DNA from: an uncultured Spirochaetota bacterium
Lineage (GTDB): Bacteria; Spirochaetota; Brevinematia; Brevinematales; JAOACQ01
Length of the DNA stretch: 64,000 nt
Assembly: GCA_963835575.1 (NCBI GenBank)
Contig: CAWIGG010000004.1
Location: 608,001-672,000 of the forward strand
Direction of reading: 5' to 3'
Shown: piece by piece, positions 51,647-61,776 of the stretch
Position numbering within the stretch: the stretch's first letter is position 1
Layout: every line of letters begins with the position of its first letter
Notes under the pieces: model-generated
Database searches by the model: none
What the model was told of the DNA's origin: nothing
Seen by the model: the letters and a program-made list of their open reading frames with translations, nothing else
Made by a program: the position numbers and the translations under genes

Positions 51647-52489
51647 TTAGAAACCGGTTTCATAACTCAGAGAGAGTATCCTGTTTAATTTTGAAATACT
51701 AAAATCATACTGTAATATTAAGGATATCTTAAACGGAGGATTCGGATAGAGAGAAAATATTATAGAAGGAAGAATTTGTTCTGAATGTGAAAAATTAACA
51801 TAAAGATTTTCCAGAGTTAAAGCAAAGGTAAAATATTGCGGAGCGTTCAGTGTTGCCCCAAAGAAAAGCGTGACATTATTAAAATTGTTAACTTCTGCCG
51901 GGAGCAGCGGCCACCTAATGCCCGCCGAAAAGATATCCTTCCCTCCAAAAGCGCTATAATGCCAGCCTACAGCACTATAAAACCCATAAATTGTAGCAGG
52001 TTTGACATTACTGTTTGTTGAAAAATAAGTGCCTTCTTTCCCATAAGCAAAGCTATCAAACCCCAGAGCCCAGTTAAAATTATTCAGATCATTAATAATC
52101 GTTAGTTTTACATATGCGCCCGGTATATTAACATTGATATCACCTGAACCTATAAGGCTGTCTAAATTCTCTGAAATACCGATACTGATCGCGTCCATTA
52201 TGCCGACCAAAAAACGGGCATTAACTCCTCCGTTATCATACATGGTGAATTCCCCGTATATAGCGCCTCTTTCCAATCCATTAGGAGTCGGGACTGAACC
52301 GATCGAAGTGAGGTTTTTTCCCGACGGTGTATAAGGACTTTTCTGCGGCGAATATGTCGAAACCGTTGATGATGAAGATGAAGAAGAAGCAGTAGTATTA
52401 TTTGGATCATCTATGATAAAATCATCGCTGAAAGCCTGTAAAAAAAGTAATACTAAAAACAGGAAGACGATTCCCCATTTCATATGCAA
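51647..52489 (-). CDS. Exported hypothetical protein, probable beta-barrel
   Basis: Signal peptide, Ser-rich linker, terminal YETGF. Confidence 0.6.
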   Translation of the reverse strand: MHMKWGIVFLFLVLLFLQAFSDDFIIDDPNNTTASSSSSSSTVSTYSPQKSPYTPSGKNLTSIGSVPTPNGLERGAIYGEFTMYDNGGVNARFLVGIMDAISIGISENLDSLIGSGDINVNIPGAYVKLTIINDLNNFNWALGFDSFAYGKEGTYFSTNSNVKPATIYGFYSAVGWHYSAFGGKDIFSAGIRWPLLPAEVNNFNNVTLFFGATLNAPQYFTFALTLENLYVNFSHSEQILPSIIFSLYPNPPFKISLILQYDFSISKLNRILSLSYETGF

Positions 52490-52571
52490 CTCCTTTCTTA
52501 TTAATAATATGTTGATATTTACTTTATCGGAATTTTTTATAAAAACATCATTTTTTCCGTAACCAATAAAA

Positions 52572-54092
52572 TTGCATGAAGAGCTTATTCTTATTATAAT
52601 AATAAAAACGCAAGTGGAGAAATCCGTGAACCTGGCTGCTATCCTGATTGATAAAAAATTTGCTGTTCAAGAAAAACTTCAATATTATTTTGAACTTACT
52701 TATAATAAAATAAAAAAAATAACAGGTGAAATATATTTTTTATCAGAAAAGCCTGATATACACATTAATAATAGCATAGAAATAATTTCATTCAACCAGG
52801 CCAAGGACTTTTTATCTTTTTTAAATAATAATCTTTCCAATAAAAGCATAATCCTTCTCAATGCTTATTCTCCATTGCTGGACCTGGAATCCACACAGAA
52901 GATGATTGAAGAACATAAAGCATTTGCCTTTGATTATACTTTCCCAGAAAACCTGCCGCTCGGCCTGCTTCCTGAAATAATTGAAAGCGATGCGGCCGGT
53001 TTTATCAATCATACAATTCCTGAAAAACAGGGGATGTTTAATGAAAATATCAAGGAACTTTTTGAAAGGGATGTCTCATCCTATGACTGTAATATTTTTA
53101 TATCTCCAAGCCGGCTAATCAATTACAGGATTAATTTTATTCCGGATAATTACAATGATTACCTTATAATTGGTGACATTATTTCAAATCAGGGTAATGA
53201 GTTAAGTCATTTAAAACTGGAAGAGCTGATTAAAAAAAATCCGGAATTAATCAGGAAAAGGCCGACTTATTATGAAATAGAGCTCAATACGGAAAGAGAA
53301 AGCGGTTCTTTTTATATTTCTGACCGTCTGGAAAGAAAAAGCGAAATGAATTTTGATTATTTCAAAAAGACAATTGAGCAAATTTCCAAATTTTCTTATA
53401 ATCCGGTGGTCAGCATTGGATTATTCGGAGAACCGTTTCTCTATTCTTTAATAAAAGATGTCATTAAAGAATTAAAAAAAATCCCTAATGTTCAATTTAT
53501 ATTTGAAAGCCGGTGCCTGTTCAGCAATATTGAAGCCATTCAAGATGCATTGGTTCTTCCGAATGTAAAAATTGTTTTTGATATCAGCTCTTCAAAGCCT
53601 GAAACATTTGCAAAATATAAAAAGTCTCTAAATTCTCTTATCCCGTTTGAGGGTCTCTCCGTTATGGAAGAAAAAATAAAACAGCTCAATAATAAGGAAA
53701 AAATCTATATCCAGTTTACCCGTACAACCGATAACGAAAATGAATTGATGCGGTTTTATGAAAAATGGCGCGATTTTTCCGACAGGATTATTATAAAAAA
53801 ACCCGATACTTTCGGCGGAATTCTCGACTCCTGCCAAGTTGTCGATCTTTCGCCGGTAAAAAGGTTCCCATGTTTACATTTAAAGCATGACATGGTCATT
53901 TTATCAGACGGAAAAATCCCCCTTTGCCGGCAGGATTATAATGCAAAGTATTCGGCCGGAAATATACTGACGGACGGTATTGAAACCTGCTGGAATAAAA
54001 TGAATGATTTTTATCAAAACCAATGGAAAGAAATATACAATAAACCACCGCTTTGTGAAAAATGCGACGAATGGTGGGTTTTCAACCTATGA
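52572..54092 (+). CDS. spiro-SPASM protein (degenerate radical SAM + SPASM; probable start GTG 52626)
   Basis: DLSPVKRFPCLHL..D, C..D, C..CDEWW C-terminus; CxxxCxxC absent. Confidence 0.88.
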   Translation: MHEELILIIIIKTQVEKSVNLAAILIDKKFAVQEKLQYYFELTYNKIKKITGEIYFLSEKPDIHINNSIEIISFNQAKDFLSFLNNNLSNKSIILLNAYSPLLDLESTQKMIEEHKAFAFDYTFPENLPLGLLPEIIESDAAGFINHTIPEKQGMFNENIKELFERDVSSYDCNIFISPSRLINYRINFIPDNYNDYLIIGDIISNQGNELSHLKLEELIKKNPELIRKRPTYYEIELNTERESGSFYISDRLERKSEMNFDYFKKTIEQISKFSYNPVVSIGLFGEPFLYSLIKDVIKELKKIPNVQFIFESRCLFSNIEAIQDALVLPNVKIVFDISSSKPETFAKYKKSLNSLIPFEGLSVMEEKIKQLNNKEKIYIQFTRTTDNENELMRFYEKWRDFSDRIIIKKPDTFGGILDSCQVVDLSPVKRFPCLHLKHDMVILSDGKIPLCRQDYNAKYSAGNILTDGIETCWNKMNDFYQNQWKEIYNKPPLCEKCDEWWVFNL

Positions 54093-55108
54093 TATTTAAA
54101 GATGAAGTGAGCATCGAGGTAAAGGCCGGCAAAGGCGGCGCCGGAGCTGCGACTTTTCGAAGGGAAAAATATATCCCAAGGGGCGGTCCAGACGGCGGTG
54201 ACGGCGGTGACGGCGGCAATGTGATAATTCGGGTCAATCCTCATCTCCGCACTTTATCCCACATCCATAATTACCAGAAATTTAAAGCGGAAGACGGCGG
54301 CAACGGAATGTCAAATCAGAAATTCGGAAAGAAAGGAGTATTTTTCCCTATTGAAGTTCCTGCCGGAACCCTGGTTTTTGATGAAAAAACAGGAGATGTT
54401 TTAGCCGATCTCACTGAAAATAATTCAGAATTTATTGCTGCAAAGGGTGGAATAGGTGGCCGGGGCAATGTACACTTTAAAAGCTCAACAAATCAAACCC
54501 CTTTTTACGCGCAGAAGGGCAGGCCGGGCGAAATAAAAAAAATCCGGCTTGAGCTGAAAATGATTGCACATATCGGTCTTGTCGGTTTTCCAAATGCCGG
54601 TAAATCCACCCTTGTTTCTAAAATTACCAATGCCCGCCCGAAAATAGCTTCTTATCCTTTTACAACACTCGTCCCCAATATCGGAGTTATGACGATCGAT
54701 GATGCTTATACCAGTATTTTAATAGCCGACATTCCCGGTTTAATTGAAGGGGCACATAAGGGTAAAGGCCTGGGTATAGATTTCCTTAAACACATTGAAC
54801 GGACAAAAGTCATATTGTTTATATTAGACGCTTTTGACAACCCGCTTGAAAAATTCGAGATTCTCCGGCAGGAACTCAAGAGTTATTCCGAAGTTCTCTA
54901 CAAAAGGGTTTTCATGATAGCGCTGAATAAAATCGATTTGATTTTTGATGAAAGGGAGAAAAAAGAGCTCAAAAAAGCGTTTTCAAAATTTACTAAAGAA
55001 GTCTTTCTGATTTCAGCCCTTACTAATATCTCCTTATCTGATATAAAGATAGCCCTCTATAAAAAATATACTGAAATTGAAGAAAAAGAGAATAATTTTG
55101 AAAAATAG
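54089..55108 (+). CDS. obgE: GTPase Obg/CgtA
   Basis: FRREKYIPRGGPDGGDGG, GFPNAGKST, DIPG, NKID; ATGA overlap with spiro-SPASM. Confidence 0.97.
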   Translation: MIFKDEVSIEVKAGKGGAGAATFRREKYIPRGGPDGGDGGDGGNVIIRVNPHLRTLSHIHNYQKFKAEDGGNGMSNQKFGKKGVFFPIEVPAGTLVFDEKTGDVLADLTENNSEFIAAKGGIGGRGNVHFKSSTNQTPFYAQKGRPGEIKKIRLELKMIAHIGLVGFPNAGKSTLVSKITNARPKIASYPFTTLVPNIGVMTIDDAYTSILIADIPGLIEGAHKGKGLGIDFLKHIERTKVILFILDAFDNPLEKFEILRQELKSYSEVLYKRVFMIALNKIDLIFDEREKKELKKAFSKFTKEVFLISALTNISLSDIKIALYKKYTEIEEKENNFEK

Positions 55109-55151
55109 GCCCATTTAGATTGAAATAGATATTTATAAAAGGGATCAATAA

Positions 55152-56288
55152 ATGCAGATAATTCTGCCCGATAAGTCAGAAATAAAAGTTCGGCGGGTTG
55201 TTGTCAAACTTGGAACTAAGCAGATTACAGACCTATCCAGTATAAACATGGATAATATATCCGGAATTGTAAGGGAAATAGCGGAATTTAAAAAAAAAGG
55301 AATAGAATTTATTATCACTTCCAGCGGCGCTATCGGCCTCGGAATCTACGAGCTTTATAAAAACAGGGATATAGTGGAGAAACTTACTCTTTCTCAAAAA
55401 CAAGCTTTAGCCGGTTTAGGGCAGATACGCCTGATGCAGATTTTTAAAAAAGAATTTGCTAAATATAGCATGTCTATCGGACAGGTCCTTCTCACACATT
55501 ATATTTTTGATAACAGATCTTCCTATCTGAACGCGCGCAATACCCTCAACTCAATGCTGGAACTCGGCATCATTCCAATCATCAATGAAAACGATTCTGT
55601 CGCCGTTGAAGAAATCAAAGTCGGTGAAAATGACAGGCTCGGTGCTTATGTGAGCCTGCTGACAGACGCTGACCTTTATATAATGCTCTCCGATGTGGAC
55701 GGATTTTATCAAAATTATAATTCTCATGATTCAAAATTCCTCCGCATTGTCGATAATATCAACACGGTTATGAAATATGCCTGCAAACAGGAAGAAATTT
55801 ATACAAAAGGCGGGATGATCACAAAACTTCAAGCGGCTAAAATCACAACTGTTAGTGGTGTTCCATGCGTTATTGCCAATGGTTTTAAAAAAAATATTCT
55901 TTCGTCAATATTTCATAATCTTTCTGAGGGGACAATCTTTTTACCTTCAATAAAAAGCCTGAACTATAAAAAGCGCTGGATAAGCGTAAAAAAAACCAAA
56001 GGCGTTATTACGGTGGATGAAGGCGCAAAAAACGCTATACTCCGCCATAAAAGCCTTCTTGCCAGCGGAATAAAAAAAGCATCGGGCAATTTTCAGTATG
56101 GTGACACAGTCATTATAGCTGATGTTAATGGTAATGAGATTGCTGTCGGTTTGTCCAATTATTCATTAGAAGACCTAAACCAAATAGCCGGGAAAAAAAC
56201 AAGTGAAATAGAAGAAATCCTGGGCAAGGAAAATAAATACTCCTGCGCCGTGCATATCGATAATATGGTATTGCTGGAAAAAATATAA
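55152..56288 (+). CDS. proB: Glutamate 5-kinase
   Basis: VVKLGT, SSGAI, NENDSV, GGMITKL, PUA domain. Confidence 0.96.
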   Translation: MQIILPDKSEIKVRRVVVKLGTKQITDLSSINMDNISGIVREIAEFKKKGIEFIITSSGAIGLGIYELYKNRDIVEKLTLSQKQALAGLGQIRLMQIFKKEFAKYSMSIGQVLLTHYIFDNRSSYLNARNTLNSMLELGIIPIINENDSVAVEEIKVGENDRLGAYVSLLTDADLYIMLSDVDGFYQNYNSHDSKFLRIVDNINTVMKYACKQEEIYTKGGMITKLQAAKITTVSGVPCVIANGFKKNILSSIFHNLSEGTIFLPSIKSLNYKKRWISVKKTKGVITVDEGAKNAILRHKSLLASGIKKASGNFQYGDTVIIADVNGNEIAVGLSNYSLEDLNQIAGKKTSEIEEILGKENKYSCAVHIDNMVLLEKI

Positions 56289-58743
56289 ATGCTGAAAAAG
56301 ATATTATATTATCTAATTCCCATTTTCATCTCTTACAACATAATTCATTCTTACTCTGAAATTAATATGGTTTCTTATTTTTCTCTTGCAAATGGCGGAT
56401 TTAATATATATTATCAGCCCGGAAGCTCATCTGACAAATCTATCTTTTTTTGACGGGTATTTCGATTTGCTTTCATTTCAAATTGGATGGAAGCATTTTC
56501 TTGTAGGAAGTACTGTTTTAAAAAGCTATCCTGTTAACAGCTTTCTTCCGGTTCAAATATCCATCCCTCTAACAATGGAAGAAAGATATAACAATTCCTG
56601 CGGCGCTTCAGTATTATCCCTGGAATACGCCTGGCAAGGAAATTATCCTAATATCACTCTAAAATATGAAGTAACTGAACCTTTACTCTTAATAGACATT
56701 AGTTATTTTATATTCTGGAACCTTAAATTAAATACAACCGATTCATTTAATATTGAATGGAATAAATTTGCCGTCGGGGCTGGTGTTTCCCTTCAAATGG
56801 GCGGATATTCTGTCCTAAACAAAATAGATTTTGAAGAAAATAAATTATATGAAGATCTGAAAAACAATGAGATAGAAAAGATAAAAAGCGATTTAAAGAA
56901 CGGTAAAAACATCAATCAGCAGGACAGCGCAGGTAATACAGCCCTTATACTTGCCGCCCGGGATAATAATAATGAACTGATCAATTTCCTGATTGAAAAC
57001 GGCGCTGACGTCAATTTGACTAATCAAAATGGACATACTGCGTTGTCGATGTCTTTGCTGAAATCTTCAGAAATCAATGCGATGATATTAATCCGGAATG
57101 GCGCAGATATTTATCGTCAATACAGTTTAATTTCTGAGGACTCATATTCAGGCTCAAAGGAAGTAGTTTCAAACAACAGCGCTCTCATCCTTGCTTGTAT
57201 GAAAAATATGCCGCAGACCGCCCGCTTACTCATTGAAAAAGGATTAGATATCCAATTAATAAACTCCACTGGTAATTCGGCATTGATATATGCTAGCGGT
57301 CATGAACAGATGGATGATATTGTTAAGCTTCTGGTCCAAAAAGGAGCAGATATTCATCTGAAAAATAGATATGGGAATACATCTCTGTTAATAGCTTTAG
57401 ATAATAGAAACCCTGCCGCAGCTCAATTTCTGATTGAAAACGGCGCTGAAATAAATAGAACTAACACTGATGGCTTCACTCCGTTATCGGCCGCCATTCA
57501 TTCCTCTGAAGATGAAATTGCTTCATTACTTATAAAGAAAGGATCCGTTATTGCAATCAAAAATAAAAACCATGAATCTTTGTTATATCAAGCCTGTGAT
57601 AATAGACTGACTAATACAGCACTTTTATTGATCAGTAAGGGAATTGAGGTAAATGATCCGGATGATGAAACGCCTGTGCTTATAGAAGCGAGCGATAAAA
57701 ATATGGCTCGAGTTGTACAAATGCTACTGAAGCATGGGGCAAAAGTCAATACGAAAGATAAATCTTTTGGTAAAACAGCTTTAATACAGGCTGTTTATAA
57801 AGGCAATATGGAAATTATTAAACTTCTGATAAAATATGGGGCTGATATTAATATATCGAAAAATGATAAAGAATACCCACTTCAAATTTCTCTTGAATAC
57901 AATTATCATGATATCGCATCATATTTATTGGAAAAGGAGAGCCATGCTAATATTTATTTTGACAGTTGGAATAGAAAGAATGCCCTCCATCTTTCAGCGG
58001 AGAAAGGGTATATAGATATTGTGAAAATATTGATAAATAAAAAAATAAATATAAATGCTATTGATTATGAGGGAAATACTGCCCTTATAAGTGCATGCAG
58101 GTACAGCCAATCTCAGTCCGCTTTATTTTTAATAAATCAGGGTGCCGATATTTTTATAACGAATAATGACGGCAATAATGCTTTTATGACAGCTTGTCAA
58201 AATGACCTGACTGATATATCCGAATTACTTATCATGAAAGGAGTTAACTTAGAATTGACAAACAAATGGGGCGAAACAGCTTTTATTATAGCCTGGAATA
58301 ATCACTATCATAGTAATGAATTCATTCAAATGCTTATCAATAAAGGAGTTGACACCAACAAATTATTTACATGGCTTTGTGGAAAATATGATTCCGATGA
58401 TAATGTTGAAAAATTAAAATCAACAGGTTATGATGTTAATTCTCAAGATAAGAATGGAAGAACCGGCTTGATGGAAGCCTGCAGGCATGGAAATATCAAA
58501 TTTGTCCATTATCTTTTAGAAAATAAGGCTCTTCCCGATCTTATTGATAATGACGGCCGTACCGCCTTGATGGAAGCTTCTGAATATGGTTATATAGATA
58601 TAGTAAATCAGTTATTACAAAATAGGGCCGATGTAAATATAAAATCCCAGGACGGCTCCACTGCTTTAAGTCTGGCGCTAAAGAAAGGTTATAAAAAAAT
58701 AATCGATATGCTGATTCAAGCCGGGGCAATAATAGATAATTGA
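56289..58743 (+). pseudogene. Exported ankyrin-repeat protein with frameshift at a T7 tract (56445-56451)
   Basis: Signal-peptide ORF 56289-56453 (54 aa) joins the 56386-58743 frame if one T is removed; many GxTALxxA ankyrin repeats. Confidence 0.75.
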
Positions 58744-58745
58744 TC

Positions 58746-60458
58746 CTACATTTTGACCATTGAAGCCGCTATCACTTCTGATGTTGATGCATCGATCAAC
58801 CTCATAAAAAGAACGGTTGAATTTGCGACAAAATACAGCTTTCCAGTCAGGATCGTATCCGCTCCTGTTAATTCCTTAATATTTTCTGAAGAAGCTGCTC
58901 CCGACAGTTTAAGTTTGAGCTCTTCCAGTATCATCTTTATCTTTGTTCTGTCAACAACTTTCATCATTTTGTCCTGTGAAATGATATCTTCAGAAAGGCT
59001 TCCGATATAAATTGACAAAGAATCAAGACTTTTGTCCAGAGAATCAGGCGGAAGACCCAGGACTGAATTTCCTGAATTCAGTTTGTTTCCAGTTTCTATC
59101 TGTTTTTTAATCTGCTGTAAAGAATTATCAACACGCCGGAACACTTTATCTTCCTCATTTTTATAATCATAATTCTGATGCAGTGCCATCAGTTCTTTCT
59201 CAGGAAGCTGGTTATAAATTTCCATCCTGATATTATCAACGACAATATCATCGAGATTGCGCGCCATGTAATTGGCGCCTGTATGATGGCTTACTTTTCC
59301 GGGATCTTCCTCCGTTCCTTTGCCGCTTGATTCGCCTCTTTCTCCATATGTCAGAAATACAAATTTTCCTTTAGTCATTTGAGAAAGAACCCGCAACTGT
59401 ATTTCACCTGTCAGATCCAGTCCGCTAGCACCAATCGAGTAAACTTTAATGGCCTGCTTTCTGGCCTGTGTATATAAATTTTCTAAATCTGAAAAATCTC
59501 TCATATGGGCAGATGCGTCAGTAATAAGAAAAACAAACTTAACTGCATCTTTATTCCACTGCATAGAGGTCAATGATTTGGAAAAACCGTCCAGCATGGC
59601 TTCGGGGTAATCCCCGCCGCCTTTAGCTTCAACTGAAAATAGAAATTCCTGAAATTTATCCATATCGGGTGTTAAATCAAACTCCTTTGTCAAATACTCA
59701 TCCCCTTTGTCTCTATAAAGAACCATGCCAAACCTGACTGCAATGTTCTTCGATGGTATATTTTTAATATGCATATAAACAGAATAAATTGTATCACGGA
59801 GAGTATCAATCTCATCCTGCATGCTTTTTGTCGTATCCATTAAAAAGACAATATCGAGGGGTATGATCTGCTTTTCTTCTCTTATTATGGGAAGATTAAT
59901 TACTTCTCTCTGATTTTTAGTCTTTCCGATTGCGATATTTGTCATAAATCCATTGTAATCGATTGATAATAGACTTCCGGAAAAAGAATCTCCGGGGATC
60001 AGGACTTCCCCATCGCTGTAAGAATAATAATTATTATTTTTAAAAGAAATATGCGAATTAAAAATTGGAAGACCGTTTTTATCATTAATTGAAACAAGTC
60101 TTCTGCCTTCAATATTAAGGGTTTTTAAAATGGAATTACTCATGTTATCTTTTAAAAAAGAAAGATAATACTCAAATTCCTCGTTGTCATCATGCTCGGC
60201 TGCTTTAGGTGTATTAATATTTTTTTCTCTGTATTCAGTTACAGGATTCATTGATTTGACTTTTTTTAAATATTCAGCCTGTTCTGTACTGATTTTTTGT
60301 TCCGTTTCCTCCTCTTTCCTGTTCGGCAAATTCTCATCAGGCCGAACAAACGACGGAAAAGGACCTCCGCCCCCAGTTCCATTACATCCCAGATAAAAAA
60401 GGAACAAAAATATAATTCCGCCCAGGAATATTGTTTTACTACAGACTTTATAAATCAT
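58746..60458 (-). CDS. vWA-domain lipoprotein with C-terminal FlgO/CsgG-like domain
   Basis: YLGC lipobox, DIVFLMDTTKSM MIDAS, GGGDYPEA, ITDA; probable start 60458. Confidence 0.8.
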   Translation of the reverse strand: MIYKVCSKTIFLGGIIFLFLFYLGCNGTGGGGPFPSFVRPDENLPNRKEEETEQKISTEQAEYLKKVKSMNPVTEYREKNINTPKAAEHDDNEEFEYYLSFLKDNMSNSILKTLNIEGRRLVSINDKNGLPIFNSHISFKNNNYYSYSDGEVLIPGDSFSGSLLSIDYNGFMTNIAIGKTKNQREVINLPIIREEKQIIPLDIVFLMDTTKSMQDEIDTLRDTIYSVYMHIKNIPSKNIAVRFGMVLYRDKGDEYLTKEFDLTPDMDKFQEFLFSVEAKGGGDYPEAMLDGFSKSLTSMQWNKDAVKFVFLITDASAHMRDFSDLENLYTQARKQAIKVYSIGASGLDLTGEIQLRVLSQMTKGKFVFLTYGERGESSGKGTEEDPGKVSHHTGANYMARNLDDIVVDNIRMEIYNQLPEKELMALHQNYDYKNEEDKVFRRVDNSLQQIKKQIETGNKLNSGNSVLGLPPDSLDKSLDSLSIYIGSLSEDIISQDKMMKVVDRTKIKMILEELKLKLSGAASSENIKELTGADTILTGKLYFVANSTVLFMRLIDASTSEVIAASMVKM

Positions 60459-60643
60459 ATACTTCCTCTTTTTCAATTGATTTATCAGGCAATTATTAAT
60501 CTGTATCATTCGGCAATAAAACAAAAGCCACATAGACAATTAAGTATTTTAATTTTTAAAACTAATCTGAACGATTTTCTCATAGCAGAATATTTACAAA
60601 TTAACTTCATCTTAACACTAGAACGATTTGAATATTTTAATAA

Positions 60644-61477
60644 TTAAATAGTAAATTGCCCCTGTCTGACAGCATTACAGCTTATGGATACAGCAATTGG
60701 CAGAGTGGCTATATGGCATGGCATCAGTTTAACTTTAACAGCCATCGCTGTTTGTCCAAATTTCAATCCCTGGAAACCAATAGGCATTTTATTAATAACA
60801 TTTAATATATCCTGAGATAATTCCTTTTCAATAAAATCATTTGAATTAATATTTATATCTTCAAGCAATACTTTTCTTGAATAATAAACCGCTTTTTCAA
60901 TATTTCCGCCTATTCCCACACCAATAATATAAGGAGGACATGCTTTAGCTCCGGTAGTTTTTACAGCATCAACAATAAAATCTTCAATTTCGCTTCTAGG
61001 AGCTGTAGGGAGAAGAAAACCTATTTTAGTCACATTTTCAGATCCTCCGCCTTTGAGCATTATTGATACTTCTAAAAAGTCTCCTTTAATAAACTCATAA
61101 TCAATGCAGGCTGGAGTATTTGTACTGGTGTTTTCCCTTGTTATCGGATTTGCCAATGACTGGCGGAGATAAAATTCCTGATAGACATCCCGGACTATCT
61201 GCTGAATACATTTATTTAAATCAAAAGGAATGTGGATATCATTTCCTATAGAAATAAAAACCTGGACATATCCCGTATCCTGGCAGACCGCTCGGTTTTC
61301 GGTACAGGCGATTTTATTATTTTCAATAAAAATGTCCACTATTTTTTTCTGCTCTTCCGTCACTTTGAGCCTGAGTTTTTTTAAATAATTCAGAACATCT
61401 GCCCTTAAGTGAAAATTCGCAAAAATTAGCTGTCCCCGGAATTTATCTCTAAACTCTGTTTGAGATATAGTTTTCAT
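60644..61477 (-). CDS. Fe-S fumarate/tartrate hydratase alpha subunit
   Basis: CQDTG, KGGGSEN, ACPP, GVGIGG, CHIA. Confidence 0.92.
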   Translation of the reverse strand: MKTISQTEFRDKFRGQLIFANFHLRADVLNYLKKLRLKVTEEQKKIVDIFIENNKIACTENRAVCQDTGYVQVFISIGNDIHIPFDLNKCIQQIVRDVYQEFYLRQSLANPITRENTSTNTPACIDYEFIKGDFLEVSIMLKGGGSENVTKIGFLLPTAPRSEIEDFIVDAVKTTGAKACPPYIIGVGIGGNIEKAVYYSRKVLLEDININSNDFIEKELSQDILNVINKMPIGFQGLKFGQTAMAVKVKLMPCHIATLPIAVSISCNAVRQGQFTI

Positions 61478-61492
61478 ATTCTATTTTCAACC

Positions 61493-61753
61493 TCAGGCTT
61501 CGGCTTTTTTTCCTGAAAGACAGCAACTACATGCCGGATTATCACTTGTTTTCTTATCACATTGGGGAGTTTTTTTCTTATAATCAGTCGAATAAAATCC
61601 ATTACCTTTAAATATTATCCCCGCTCCGCTGCTAATAAGCCTTTTTAGAGTTCCTTTGCACTCAGGACATTCCTTCAAAGGTTCATCTGTTATTTTTTGA
61701 AACACCTCAAAAACATGTCCGCATTTTTTACATTTATAATCATAATGGGGCAT
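61493..61753 (-). CDS. FmdB-family zinc ribbon protein
   Basis: MPHYDYKCKKC..CPEC..FKGNGFYSTDY. Confidence 0.92.
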   Translation of the reverse strand: MPHYDYKCKKCGHVFEVFQKITDEPLKECPECKGTLKRLISSGAGIIFKGNGFYSTDYKKKTPQCDKKTSDNPACSCCLSGKKAEA

Positions 61754-61776
61754 AAAACTTCAAACCTCCAATTTTT

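Noticed and set aside
54190..54220. GACGGCGGT tandem repeat
   Set aside because: Encodes the normal Gly-rich DGGDGG motif of Obg
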